Positions 35,030-48,885 of a stretch of DNA of 64,000 nucleotides are shown piece by piece; positions within the stretch are counted from its first letter, which is position 1, and every line of letters begins with the position of its first letter. The translations under genes and the position numbers were made by a program. Origin of the DNA: Camelus ferus (lineage: Eukaryota); contig NC_045707.1 of the NCBI RefSeq assembly GCF_009834535.1, positions 48,052,001 through 48,116,000 on the forward strand. Reading direction: 5' to 3'. The notes beneath the pieces were generated by a model. That model searched no databases. It was given only the letters and a program-made list of their open reading frames with translations, and was not told where the DNA came from.

Positions 35030-36090
35030 TTCCAAACCCAACCTTTAAATGCCAGTTTATCGGAATTAGCCATTTGTCTGCGCAAGATGTCATTATGGCA
35101 TATCCGAAACCAAGCTGACGTCCCAAAGCCTCTGATTCTTCTTATTCCCCGGTTCTGATATTGGTGTCTTCCTAATGTTTAGACTCAGCCCTTTTCAGTC
35201 AATGATGAGCTTCTCTCTCTCCCCCGCACCCCCCTTCGCATCCACACAATTTGTCGATTCGACTTTACAGTGTCTCCACACCCGTTCAGTTCTTACGGTT
35301 CCCGTGCCCTAGTTCACGATCTTGTTTCCTCTCACTTGGCTATTAGACTTTCCCCCTGGTTATTATCTCTTCCTTCTTTCCTGTCCCTCACTCACCAAAA
35401 TTCGTTTTAATATTGCTTCTAGAACAATCGCCCTTAAAAAGGTGGAACCTACCCCTATGTGCCGATAATGATTTCTTGTTGCCTATAGAATACAATTCAA
35501 ATGCTCTAACCTGCTTTGCATATTCTTCCAGAACGTGAAGGGCCCCATCATTATTTCCAACTTACTCTGTATCCTGCCATAGACATTTTTCTCTAGCCAG
35601 GGTGGTGTACTGTCATTCCCTGGACAAACTCCATAATCGTTGCTACTGATCTTTGTTCCATCCCTCTGTGCTGTAGCCACACAGGCTTTTTTCAGTTGCT
35701 TGCCCTCTATGACCTGTCCCACTATAGTCTCTGCCAGCTGTGCCCTCCCCAGCTTATCTGTCAGCCCCACTTGGTTGTGTAACAGTCACTTACTCTCTGG
35801 ATCTCACTCCAAAATGACTTCACAGGGAATCCCTTCCATGATTTCTCTCAGGGAGCCTTCCCTGTTTCCCACTTTATCCTAGGTCAGGTTAAACACTGTC
35901 ATAGCTCTTGTACTAAAAGGCACACAATATTATATATATATATTTGTGAGGTTATTTGATTAAGAACTCAATCTCCCTCACTGTACTTTAAAGTGTAAGT
36001 GAAGAGATCTGGACCACTCTGCTCACCACTGTAACACCCCCTGTAGTGTGTGCACACGACCACACACTAAGTACTAAATGAATGAATGCA
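35030..36090 (+). mobile_element. L2 LINE 3' ~1 kb
   Basis: Pyrimidine-rich L2 body (tctcacttggctatt, cttccatgatttc) ending ctgctcaccactgta...actaaatgaatgaatg. Confidence 0.7.
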
Positions 36091-37649
36091 ACAATGTCTG
36101 TATAAGTCTCAGCCATGCGCCTTACCCCATCTCCTTTCAGGAGCTGTCTGAGAGCCTCCATTTTGAACTCTCTCTCTCTCTCTTTTTCTCTAACCCCAAC
36201 ACACTTATCTCTTCTACAGTAGCTGGTAATTCCTAGAGAGTAGTTATCTGTCTTATCCTCACCACAGGTCCCTCTAGGAAGCCAGGAGGATGATCGGGTT
36301 TGTGGTTAAGGATGAGCTTAACACAAGGCTTTGTTCATGGAAGTGAGTAATAAAGGTTTGCAAAAGTTGAAATGTTGGTTAAATTTGAAATGTTTGGAGT
36401 ATTATATCATGCTTCTAATGATATCAAGGTTAGGATCAGAAGCCCATCTGAACCACTGTCCTCCAAATTATTCCTCGGTCTTAGCCAGTCAATTCATAAA
36501 TGTGTGAGGATGTTAATTAAAGAGACGGGGATAGAATGTGTGATGAGTTCAGTGGGAATCCATACCTATAAGTAGAAACCCTTGCCCTGATGCTGGTGGG
36601 TTAATGACAGCCTCTTACTTTCTTATTTGGTTTTCTTTTTTATACCTAACTTGATAATCTTGTTAATAAATTCTGGTGGATAATGATAATCAGGAAATGG
36701 TAGGAAATAAAGATTAACAAATCCATGTTTATCCTGTGAACTGCACCCTAGCTGAGTACCTAAACCCTCATGGAAAAACTTGGCCTTTGTCTACTTAAAT
36801 CTGCTTTTGCAAAGGAAAGGTAGTGCTTGAGTTTTACCAAGGCTGCGAGTTTATTGCTCTGAATTCTCCTCACAACAAAATGAGTTGTCCTTCAGCCTGA
36901 TTTTGCCAGCTATTTCATTTGGACTAAGAGATGGTATATTTCAAAAAACCATCAAAAAGTGTTCAAAAAGTGATATAACACAATTGGTTTTGGATTGCCA
37001 TAGAGTTTGGAGAATTTCCTGGGGCTTATGTGTTAACATGAAGCCACAGTAAATAACATGGGAAGGGACAAGAAAAGTTATACTTCATCCCGGAGCTTCC
37101 AAGGAAGTAGATACTAGTGGCATCTTGCAGGGCTGCGTTGTGGGTTTTTTCTTAGCTGTTAGAAAGGTAGGATGTGTGGGTGTAGGTTTTAATAACAGAA
37201 AATATACTCATTTATCTTTCTTGCTCTTGTGAGAAAACTCCTAAGAGATATTCTTCCGAGAGTCAGAAAAGGTATTATTCTGATCTCTGTGGGTGCTCAG
37301 AGATGCAAATTCCTCAATTTTGATAACATAACACCTAGTGTGTTTCTTAATTTTTTTTTTTTTTTTGATAAAGAATGGACTTTCCTGAAAGATAAGGGCC
37401 AGAAGAGGGAGAAGTCAAATTTCAGTGCTCTAGAAGAAAATGCTGTGGTCTTTGGGACTTCAGGTAACCTGCTCCGCAGGGAGTCAGAGTCTACAGATCA
37501 GAAAGAAAGACCATGAGGTCATTGTCAGGTTCTGAGACTTTTATAACTTGTCTGTGTTTGCCAGGGTGGTCATTTCCTATCCCCATCATGACTAGCAGCT
37601 AAATGCTTAACATGAAAATTATTTATGGCCAATACGTTAAATATGGTGA

Positions 37650-38030
37650 ATTAATTAATTAATTCCACCAATTTTTATTGAGTGCCTATTCTGTACCAGG
37701 GATCCTCCCAGAGCCCTGGGAACACAGTAGTGAACACAGCAAAGATCTGTGCCTTCCTTGAGCTGACGTTCTCGTGGAAAAATGATGAAGGGAAGTAAAT
37801 AAAGTAAATAAAATCTATAAAGTGTTAGATGCTGATATGTGCTATAGTGGGGGAGGAAGGAGAATAGAAGATGTTGAAGAAGGTAACGGTTGCAAATTTT
37901 AAATATGGTCAGCAAGAAATGTTCCATTGAGAAGGTGCTATTTAAGTAAAGCTCTGAGGGAAGGGATAGAGCTAACTCTGTGGTTATCTGGAGGAAGGGT
38001 GTTTCAGGCAGAAGAATACAAAGTTCAAAG
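37650..38030 (-). mobile_element. L2 LINE 3' fragment
   Basis: tttattgagtgcctattctgtaccagg...ctgggaacacagtagtgaaca...tgccttccttgagctgac...ttcaggcagaagaa. Confidence 0.85.
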
Positions 38031-38039
38031 ATGACTTCT

Positions 38040-38535
38040 GAAACTAGGTTAGGAAAAGAATTTGTTGTCTCTATGTATTTGAAAACTCAAGGGCTAGGCT
38101 GGCTTCAGGCATGGCTTGATAAAAAGATTAAGAAAACATATTCTCTTTTCTGTTCTCCTCTATGTGTTGGTTTCATTCTTACATAGATTGGCCTTTTACG
38201 GCTGAAGGATGGCCACGGTGTCTCTCATTCTTACATCCTGTACTTCCACTCTATGGGAAGAGGAAAGGCCTTTGTCTCAGCACTGCCAGCAAAAATCTCA
38301 TTTTGTCTTTTGCTCTCTTTGAGTCATTGCCGATTTCTGAACCAAGTATTGTGGTCAGAGCAAATGCTGTGGGCTGATTGTTTTATGCTTGTTACTTGCT
38401 ACACTAGAAAGACTGTGACGGTATGTTTATGTCTACTGTTTTAGGGGGTAGTAGGGGTGTTTCCCTAAGGAAAATTGGGAAACCAAGAGAAGGGTGAATA
38501 GATTTTAAATAGCAAAAAGCAGCAAGAGTCCATTT
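38040..38535 (-). mobile_element. MLT1 (old group) MaLR LTR fragment
   Basis: ggcttcaggcatggcttgat...ctgaaccaa...gctgattg...ccctaaggaaaattggg...agaagggtgaataga. Confidence 0.65.
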
Positions 38536-40142
38536 TAGTGTGTCTTTTAGCTTAAATAATATCCTTGTTAGAGCACAAACTATCATAGACTTCCTGGGGA
38601 AAGTCGCTTCATCTCTATTCAATCTAGTTTCTCTTTCTCAAAAATTAAGAGGTTGGACCCATGAATTTTGTCACACTCTAATTTATACTCTCTAAGTGTA
38701 TTTCTTAAAATCTTAAAGTAAAAAAATCATATTATGTTATTACACATATAATTTATGGAAGGAAAGTAAAAGCAGAGAGTTTAGCCTTTTATTCTGACTG
38801 TTGAAATTTGGCATTCGGGCCGGCCTGGATTTTTGAGTATAGGATTAAAATGCAAGTTTCTTAAAAGCTGGTGTGATCAATCCCAGATGCCTTGGTACTC
38901 TGATGTATTATTTCCTCTACTTGATGAGCTATTGGAAGAAAGGGACGAAGAAAGGATGTGTATCAGGATTCTCTGCTGGGTCAGTTTCCAGCCTGGAGTT
39001 TGGGGGACTCTGTTGAAAGGATAGCCCGAGGAGCATATTTAACACAGCTTTCTATATTTGAAACTTGAGAGTGGAAGGTTTGTGCACACTTTGCGATATT
39101 ATGATAGTGTGGAAGTAGGATCTCCTAAAGAGAGAAGACCCTTGTGATTTATTTCCTGGATTTTTGGGATTGCACAGCCCTTCCTTGGTGCTGGACTGGA
39201 CGGAGAATGTCTGAAGGAAATGACCCCTCCCACACGTGGCGTCTTGAGCCCTCCACTCTCCTAACAACTGATATTTCCAACAAGAAGAGACCTCCATAAA
39301 TGTTTTGCTTATGTGCAATATCAGAGCTCAGCATTTTATATGAAATTTATACACATGTGTGTCTCAAACTTGGCATTGCAAGATAGAGACAAATACCTCC
39401 CTCAAGCTTTCTGCGTGATTTAGGCAACACCTAAAATACCTTTGTGTACAATTTCCATGTGTCAGAAACAATGCACTTAGGTAACCCAAGACCTGCCTCT
39501 GTGAATAGTCTCTTGGAAATTTCCACGCTCATCAGCACAGTACTCAAAGACTGTATCAGACGCAGAATATCCTTCTTCTTCTATGACAGATTCAGAGATT
39601 TATGCACTCTTGGCTTCCTTCACCAAAACAAGATAAATTCCTATCCAGTCTCAGGAGGTCTTCAGGTTCCCATGAAGACTATTTGCTTTATTCCAGTCAG
39701 CCTTTTTTTCAGGTTGGAAGGGTCGTACTTCAGGAGGAAGTGGGGTCCCTGAAACTCCCTCCCCACCCATCCAAAATATTCTCCTTATTGTGGTTTTTAC
39801 ATGGTTGACTCATCAGAATGATATTTGTCTTTGAAATACTTTCCTAACATTAAAATATATATAATCATCTATTACAGTACACTGTGATCATATATTGTTT
39901 CCACACTCTGAGTGTTACCAAGTGCTCTCAGCTAATAAGAGCTGACCCAGCAAACTATACTGTACATGTTTGACCAGTGGCAACTATTCTGTATTTTCTG
40001 AGTGGAATGTGCCTCTGCAGTGTGTGTTGTTTCTTTCACTGTGGTCTCTTTTTCTGTCATTTTTTTGTGTTCTTTTCATGGCTTATAGAAAAAGCAATAG
40101 CAATAGACTTGCTGCAAAGAAAGAAAGATATTTACAATAGAG

Positions 40143-41287
40143 ATGAAAATGTAAGTTTTATCAAAAGATGAGAAGACAAGCCACAGAGTGAGAGAAAGTA
40201 TTTGCCAAAGTCATATCTGATAAAGGACTGTTATTTGACATATGCAAATAACTCTTAAAACTCAACAATAAGAAAATTTTAAAATCTGATTAAAAAATTA
40301 GCAAAAATTCAGATAGGCACCTCACCAAAGAAGATATATAGATGGTAAATAAGCATCTGAAAAGATGCCCAGCATCATATGTCATTAGGGAAATGAAAAT
40401 CAAAACAATAATGAGATTATCACTACATACTTATTAGAATGGCCAAAATCTTGAACACTGACAACGTCAAATGCTGGTGAGGATATGAAGCAACAGGAAC
40501 TCTCATTCATTACTGCTGGGAGTGCAAAATGGTTGTCACTTTGGGAGACAGTTGGCAGTTTTTTACAAAACTAAACTAAACGTATGATCTAGTGATTGTG
40601 CTCCTTAGTATCTACCCAAATGAGCTGAAAAATCATGTCTACAGAAAGGCCTGCACACAAATGTTTATAGAAGCTTTATTCATAATTACCAAAACTTGGA
40701 AATGATCAAGATGTCCTTCAGGACGTCTGGATAAGTAACCTGTAGTATGTCCAGACATTGGAATATTATTCAGAGCTAAAAACAAATGAGCTATCGAGCC
40801 ATGAAAAGACGTGGAGGAAATTTAAATGCATATAATGCATATTACTAAGTTAAAGAAGCCATTCTAAAAAGGCTACATTCTGTATGATTCCAACTATATG
40901 ACATTCTGGAAAAGGCAAAACCATGGACATGACGAAAAGATCAGAGGGGAGGGAGCGATGAATAGGCAGAGCACCAAGGATTTGGGGGGCGGGCAGTGAA
41001 ACTATTCTGTATGATAGAATGGGGGATACAGGTTGTTATGCATTTGTCCAGGTCCACAGAATGTACACCACAAAGAGGGAACCCTAATGTAAACTGTGAG
41101 CCTTGGGTGATAATGATATGTATGTTTGTGGATTGTAACACATTTACGTACCACTCAGTGGGAGATTATAGTGGAGGAGGCTGTGCCTGTCTGTGTGGGG
41201 ACAGGGAGTATGTGGGAAATCTTTGTACTTTGCACTCAATTTGCTGTGGCCCTAAAATTGCTCTAAAAATAAAGTCTATTAAAAAAT
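40143..41287 (+). mobile_element. L1MC1-like LINE: ORF2 C-terminus and 3'UTR
   Basis: acaagccacagagtgagagaaa...aactcttaaaactcaacaataag...cattagggaaatg...ctgtatgattccaactatatgacattctggaaaaggcaaaa...gctctaaaaataaagtctattaaaaaa. Confidence 0.9.
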
Positions 41288-41884
41288 ACAAGTTGTGTAG
41301 TGCCTGCTTGTGGAAATTCTTTGACATGATAAAGGATGTCATCACCATATCCTGGGAAGACTAACACTGAGCTCCATAGAAGGGAGAGGAAAGCAACCAC
41401 GGTGGCAAGGCTGGCTCCAGAGGCCACAAGGAGACTGCCAACTTCCCTACAGGACTGTGCAGTGTTGGCCTGTTAGAGTGATTCAGTTAGCAAGTTAGCT
41501 TCCCCAGCCTTGCCCTATGCCTGTGTCTGTTCTTCCAACAAGAATAAGAAAGAAGGGAGAGGGATGTTTCTTGTTCTGAGTTTCTAAAAAGCTTTCTTGG
41601 GAGATAATTGCCCCCCTTATCAGAGTTGGGCAGTATCAAGTCCAGCCTTATGTGGGAGGACAGCTGAATAGCAGATGAAGCTGTGTTTACCAGCACAGCT
41701 GCTGTAGCAGCAAGAGTCCACCTCCCCGCTGCTACCATTGCTGCCCCATGCGGTCTGGACAAGGAGACCAGTATATTGAGTGACTTCTGTTAATAATTAT
41801 GGGAATGGCCAGCCTACAATGATGGCACCCATTGTGTCAGGCAGAAGACTAAGTTTTACATGGATTCTCTAAGTCCTCAAAAGA

Positions 41885-42120
41885 ATAATAGCCAGTAGTA
41901 GCACTTAGTATATGCCAGGCACTGTATTATACTGATTGTATTATACTATATTATACTAATTTAATCCTGATGAGAACCTCAAGAGGTAGTTCCATTTCTT
42001 TCCTGCTTTACAGATGAGGAAACTTAGGCTTAGAGAAACCGGGTAACTTGTTCAGTGGCACACAGCTGCTAAGTAGACTAGCCAGTCATCAGATTCAAGA
42101 ACAGCATAACTCCAGAACTG
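41885..42120 (-). mobile_element. MIR SINE
   Basis: tatgccaggcactg...atttaatcct...tttacagatgaggaaacttaggcttagaga...taacttg...cacacagct. Confidence 0.9.
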
Positions 42121-42519
42121 TCTTTTATTCATAGCTGTGCAGTTGTTCCATTACAATTTTATTTATCTCTAAAATATTTTCTAAAAATAAAGGGTCTATA
42201 AAAATCCACGGTCAGACCATGTGCATACATGTTTGTACCACGTGTCCTTAGTGTACCGTATGTTCTTGGCTAGTGAGAGCTAGCACAGCAGACTGAACCA
42301 CACTCTTAATTCGGGTGATTGCATCCCACTCTGTGACTGTTAAAATCCAGAAGAGAAATAAAACCAAAATTAGATATACAACTAGGATTCCTAGTGGTGA
42401 ACTAAACATCGCTTAAATCAACGTCTGCATCGTCTTTGCTATTTATTCCTCCTAGGTGTTGGAGTGTCTCCTTTAGCTTCCTTCTCATGTATTTTCTCCT
42501 GTAGGCTCTTCTCTTTTCA

Positions 42520-42960
42520 TTTTCTGTCTCAGCTAGTTTGGACTTGTGGTCTCTAAGTTTAGGCCTCTCACCCTCCCTTCCAAATCACTTCTATTCACAA
42601 CTGCCAGAATGTTCTTTCTAAAGTACAGGAGCATTCTGAATAATAGTCTTCATGGTTGAACCCTGGTTTTCCTTTCCAGCTGGGCCGCTTACTGCTCCCT
42701 GACCTGTCCCCTCAGACCAGCCACACTGAACCACTTACTAGCCCTCCCACCCAGTTCACCATTCCTACCTCTGTGCCTCAGGACAGACTTTCCCTCTGTC
42801 CAGAGAACTCCTGATCCCTGGTGGAACTCCTTTTCATCCTCAGTTCTCAAGTCCAGCTGCCCTAGTCTGAGTCCTCTAGGCTCTTCTCTTTGGAATCATG
42901 GGATGTTGGACATGCCTGATGTTAATGCAGTAGGTACACATTTCAGCTCACATAGTTTTT
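42520..42960 (+). mobile_element. L2 fragment
   Basis: ttcacaactgccagaatgttctttctaaa...ccagccacactgaaccactt...cctacctctgtgcct. Confidence 0.6.
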
Positions 42961-44199
42961 TTCTATTGACCATTATAATTCTATAAATTAAATACACTTA
43001 ATTGATATTTTGAACCCTCACTCTGCCTCTTGTTGGATACCTCAGCTTAGGTAAAGCGGGTGCTCTTTGGGATTCTGTCTCGAGCCATGAGACTTATTTA
43101 CATGGCTCAGACAAATCCAAAGCCCTTGGCTCGGGGCAGGAGGTTTGGCCATTGCCTATTCTTGCTGCCCTCCACTTGATGCCCATTGTCTTCGCCGTTC
43201 CTTTGGTTGTCAGTCCAGACAGGCAGCTATAATATCACTCTCATCCCCATCTTTGAAGGCCCTTCAGGTTTAGCAAAATCCCCAGCTTTGCTGTCCTTCC
43301 TGGGCACACAGACATATATATGTTCCGGGCTGTGCTGGGCAATGGGAAAGTTTAGGGTGCCAAGGCCTGTCTCTTTCTGTCTCAGAAACGTGAGACCATT
43401 CTGTTAACTCAGTGAGGCTCTCCTGGATACAGGTGCTGGTGTTTCTTCTGTGGGGTCCAAATGCACCTCGTAGGCCCTGGGAGAGACTGAGGCACACATT
43501 CCTCCATCTGGAGCTCTTAGTCCCACTTGGGAGCCCGCCTGGTCACTCGGTCTTTCCCTGCAGCCTGGGCTGCGTGTACATTCCCCTGTGTTTCTTGACT
43601 CTCTTCCTCCCCACACTCTGAGGAAATGTTGTTCAGCAGCTGTGAGATGGGTGGCGGGGGGAGGAGGCATGTGCGAAGTCTAGCTCTAACCCCATCCTGT
43701 CTCTGTGTCTATAACCCCTCTATGTCCTCAGGCCTAGGCTTCTGAAACTCAAAAACTTTTGCTCCACTTTTTGCTATAACAGCCTTTTGGCATAAAATCC
43801 CATGATGCTAAAATGGGGCAAAAGCCAGGGGTTCTAGGGAAGAGGTGATGTTACTATTTCAAAATATCATTATCCCACTATAATAGTACTCATTACATTA
43901 TTAGGATACTAGGATTCATCAGATTAAAGGAAAACTTACACCTTTCCTTTCTATTACCTTCTAAATCAGGACATAACCCCACAGAAAAGATGAACAAAGG
44001 ACCTTGATTTGCCTGAGATTGGGTATTAACCAACAGGCAGAATGAGGGTTTAAAATGTAAATTAAATTGAGCAATAGAAAAAAATATGTGAGTTGAAATG
44101 TCTACCTGGTGCAGTAAGATCAAGGGATGTCTAGGGTCCCATGAAGGCACAGTGCAGGGGAGAGAGTTGGAACTCAGCACCTGGTGAATGAATTAAGCA

Positions 44200-44420
44200 A
44201 TTACATGATTGATGCTAACGGATATCATTTCTCCAGTCCCTGCCATGTGCCAGTCTTCTGAACAGTCTTACAGGAAAGGCATTATATTCCTCATTTATTC
44301 TTGAGGAAAGCGATCAAGGCTCAGAGAGTTAACGTCTTTTGTCCCAAATTAAACAGCAAATACAGAATTCTAGCCCATATCGGTTTAATCCCAAATTCTA
44401 AATTCTTTCCTCTGGGCCCA
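44200..44420 (-). mobile_element. MIR SINE
   Basis: catgtgccag...gaggaaagcgatcaaggctcagagagttaa...tgtcccaa. Confidence 0.65.
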
Positions 44421-45470
44421 CTATGTAATCAATTTTACTCAACCTTTGAGGTGCTTACAGGTGCAAGGTCCCATGTGAGATATATTTGTGTATGTGTATA
44501 TACAGATGCCTATGTATATATGACGACGTCTCTTGCCTTCTGGGGAATTAAATGCATTTTCCAACCACCAGGAAGGATTGTTTGAAAATACTCTCTTGTT
44601 CTACTATTCTTACAATTTTCGTGTGGTTATTTTCTGTGAGGCTTATTGATTCGTCTAATATTTACTGCCTTATCAATAAAAGTAGGATACAATGTCACTG
44701 GTTTACACACGAACTCTTAACAATTGCAACTGTGGTTTGCTTCCACCAAATGATGTATTTATCATTTAAGTCATTTAGACATTGGTGAGGATGAAGAAAA
44801 AAATGTTTGTGTGAGTTACATGGGAATAAATGTTTTCTTTTTGCACTGCCTGGCAAGATGGTGGCAGTATTTTTTACAAATAGGATATGTAATTGTGTGT
44901 ATATTCCAAACAGCTTGTTTATATTTTCCCCCAGGGTTTGACGTTCTTAGATGTCTAAAACACTCTGAGGGGAGGGAGGGAATGCCATAAATTTTTACAA
45001 ACAGACATTGTCCTTATTTCCCAGGCAAATTCAATGCACCTTCTGTTGGGTAATTGGAATCCAAGAAGTAACATGGAGTGTTTTAACAAAATGTGAATGA
45101 GCTGTATTTATAATGGAACAGCAGAGATTTGGAAACCCAAACGATTTATGTAAGAGAAAATGATTAAAAAGACCCAGTGAGAGATCAGAGCGTGTTGACT
45201 CAGTTGTAGAATTTGGCATTTAACACAGTAAACATAGGTAAACGTGAGTAAAGATTTCCAGAAGACTGGCCCCACACTCTTTCTTTGGGGTAGAGTCCCA
45301 CTGCATTTTGCTGGTAATGCATTTTCTTCTTTTGGTGGGTGATGGTGGTGATAAACTGTACCATTAAAAATGTACTGTAAAAAAAAAGTCCATCTCAGAG
45401 TGGTTCTATATAGGCCTCAGTTTACTTTTTTGTGCAGTAATGGCCTCTTTTACAAAAGGCCATGTATCTG

Positions 45471-45472
<2 letters not shown>

Positions 45473-45508
<36 letters not shown>
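45473..45508. repeat. (TG)18 microsatellite
   Basis: Read directly. Confidence 0.95.
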
Positions 45509-45512
<4 letters not shown>

Positions 45513-45889
45513 TGTGTCTTTAAAACATATGAGCTTCTGCAGCCTTATGAATGCAATACCTTCATGTTTGAGACCACTGTTCTGAAAGTGTCAAGAATGG
45601 AAGGCAGAGGCCAAATGCCACGTTGGTAGGGGGACCAGGTGGCAGGCCTGGGCTGTGCAGTGTGGGAGGAAGAAGAAAGGAACACAGCTGGTGATGTCAA
45701 AAGTTTGGTGAGCTTTCCATTTCCTCTCACATTCATTTTGGAAACAATCATTTCATGAACATTTACTCACATGAACATAGAAATATACCTCCCACCCTCT
45801 CCTCTTCCCAGTCATTCCAGTTTTCCATTCTCTTGGTTGGTTGTCGTGTCTCTCAAAATTCTCAGGTTATTTTTTCTTCCATGTGAAAA

Positions 45890-46037
45890 CAGTGGTTTTC
45901 AACCCTTTGGGAGTCACACATCTCTGAGAATTATGTGAATAGTAGGATCTTTCTCCTAAGAAAAATTCACAAATAGAACATTAGAGCTTCAGAGATCCTC
46001 AGAATTTCATCAATGGACCCCTGGTTAAGAACCACCA
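45890..46037. mobile_element. hAT-Charlie MITE (MER103-like)
   Basis: Terminal inverted repeats cagtggttttcaacc...ggttaagaaccac. Confidence 0.7.
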
Positions 46038-46714
46038 TTCTTTATGATCTCCTTCCCCTTTTGTCTGTAATGCCATCGCACAGCTTCTTGTCCTTTTGTC
46101 ACACCTTTCATTTGCAACTTGTCTAATAGCTGTTTCTAATGCTGATTGAACAAGGATGTGTTGTTTCTTTTGTATCATAAAGTGGTGACGGGACAAGAGT
46201 GGGCAGTGAAAGTCCGTCCAGTTCCACACTCCCTGAGTAGGAGTCTCTCCCTGCATTATTCTGGAAGTCGTGTCTAATGGGTTCATCTTTCTGCCTAGTC
46301 ACAATGAGACTGCTGCACGATAGTAGAAAATGATTATTGAGTCATCTTTCTAGAAATGGCAATGCATTTTGTGTGATACTGTCTAAACTCCTTAACATGA
46401 ACCCTCTTGAATTCAAAGTATTCATGTGCTTTTAGAAACTGGCATCCCTATCTGGTGGAGTCTTTGGTGGTAGAGCTAAACAAAGTTGACTGGTGCCCAC
46501 GAGAGTCCTATCTCTGATTAGACAACAAGTCTAGAACTGATGAAAAAAGCCAAATGTCTGTGTTTTTCAAACCAAGACACATCTGAACAATATTGTAGAT
46601 ATTCAGGATTGTGTGTCCACCTACTCCTATTTGAAAAATGCTGATTTATGAAGCTAAAAATCTTATTTGAAGAAACTGGTTTTCAGTTGCCAATTATAAA
46701 TGAAAAAGAGTTCT

Positions 46715-47190
46715 TGTGTTAGGCAGAAGAATTATGCCCCCTGCAAAGACATCCACACCCTAATCTCCCAAATCTGTAAACATCATCAAAGGGACTTTGC
46801 AAAAGTGAGTAAGGACTTTGAAACAGGGAGACTATCCAGCTGGGCCCAGTCTAATTACCTGAGTCCTTATACTTGGAGAATCTTTTCAGGCTACAGTAAG
46901 AGAAAGAGATGTGGTAACAGAAGCAGGAGATGCTACATCCTTGGCTCTGAAGATAGAAGAAAGAGGCCACAAGCCAAAGAATGTGGATGACCTCTCAAAG
47001 CTGAAAAGGCAAGACAATGGCTTCTTCCATAAAGCCTCAGGAAGGAGCCCAGCCTGAATGACACCATGATTTTAGCCCAGTGAGACCCGTGCCAGATTTC
47101 TGACTTCCAAAACTAAATGACACATGTGTGTTGTTTCAACCCACCAACTTTTTGGTAATTTGTTATAGCAGCAAGAGAAAAACCAATATA
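46715..47190 (+). mobile_element. MLT1D-like MaLR solo LTR
   Basis: tgtgttaggcagaa...aaagggactttgca...gattttagcccagtgagaccc...ggtaatttgttatagcagcaa...aatata; TSD gttct/attct. Confidence 0.9.
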
Positions 47191-47890
47191 ATTCTGTTGT
47201 TACAACTATGAAATAATTAAAAAATATATCATTAGCGTGAATATGCAGAAATTTAGAAATTTTATATAATTCATGACCCTTGAGTCCCGGCGTGAGAAAC
47301 ACTGCTATATTTAAATATTTAAGAAGAAGTAGACAAGGGAACCCATGGATTCTTTTCATATGTGCTTTTATTGGGCAGATTTGTAAATTCCTTAATTCAG
47401 TGCTTTAAATTTGGTGGGCTCATTTTGTGAAATAGATATCTTTTCCCATGTGCTGAGCCAACTTCCCTTATATTGTTTAAACTTCTCATCTCTCAGCACT
47501 CAGGTTACCAGATAGTCACCTATGAATGATGTATCATGGCATCCAGTAATGTTTTAGTAATAAGAAATAAATTTTTCAGTAATAGGTAATAAGATTTTAG
47601 TAATGCATTCTATGGTCACCAGAAGTAATGCATTACTTTTTTTTTTTTTTTGCATAATTCAAAGTTGCTCTGTTTAGGATTAAAATAGCAGATTGATTTA
47701 CTTGCATAGAGTTGTTTTAATCTAATAAAAATGTAGCTAGTTTTTCTTAGTAATACCTTGAACTGCAATTATGTTATCTCTTGGAGTAATTCATTTGTAC
47801 AAGTGGGAAAGTATGCATCTTATTTAGATAATATTGTTATCCCCTTCTGTCTAAATTTATTGATAAATTAATTTTAAAAAGACAGGAGTC

Positions 47891-47912
47891 AGAGAGAGAG
47901 AGAGAGAGAGAG
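47891..47912. repeat. (AG)11 microsatellite
   Basis: Read directly. Confidence 0.95.
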
Positions 47913-48689
47913 ATTAAGAAAGGATCTTGAGAGGTCATCTCTTTCTTCAGGCAGGAATGTCTCTAAGAGATTCTGAACAGATAAATATCTATCCTAAGGA
48001 TGGAAATGGAATTTTTACCCCTAAGGGAGCTCTAAATTTATTTCAGCCAGTTCATTTGCATGAGTCATTTACATTGACTTCCACGATCCATTCCTAGGTC
48101 TCCACTCTTCATATAACCCTGGACTTAACAAGATCTCTCTCTCTCTCTCTCTCTCCCTCTCTGTCGTTCTCCCTTTCTTCCCCCTATTAATTATTCATTC
48201 AATTCATCTCAAATGAATGAATACTCATTCCCACTGCTCTGGCAATTGCCCTGTGAAGGCATCATAGAATCTCTGAGAAATAAAATGCAGAGTCTTACCC
48301 CTCAAAACTTAGAATTTACAGGGGAGGCCAGTGTGCAGGCCTAAGGAAAGGTGAAATGACTACCAGAGATGCTTGTAGAACATCATAGAAGGCAGTGCAG
48401 CCGGAGGATAGCACGAGGTGAAGCGCAGGTAACAATGATGGCAGAAAAACATCTGAGTGCCCTAGCCCTTGTGTATGTTCTCTCTTTTCATCCTCTACCA
48501 GCTTTTGAAAGAGAGACTTTTATCCCCATTTATGTGATTACGGGACACCAACCTTGGTATTCCAACTGACTTGGATTCACTTGAGTCTAAAACTCATCCT
48601 TATCTCACTGGGACACACTGTCGTGGATGTGCAGTCACAGAAGTGCTCCCTGTGGATTTCAAGTCTTCCCAGGGGAGGTAGGGATTGTC

Positions 48690-48885
48690 AGATTCACTTA
48701 TCAAGCACCTGCTATGTGCCAGACACTTGCTAGAACCGTTTTCTCATTTTAAGAATGAGGAAACTGAGGCATAGAGAGGTTCAGTAACTTGCCCAAAGAC
48801 ACGTGTTGGGTAAGTGGAAGAGCCAGGATATGAACCCAGTGGTCTGGTTCCCAACACGAAGCTGTCTTCTCAGCACTGCGCTGGA
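48690..48885 (-). mobile_element. MIR SINE
   Basis: tgaggaaactgaggcatagagaggttcagtaacttgcccaaagacac...aagtggaagagccaggatatgaacccag. Confidence 0.9.
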
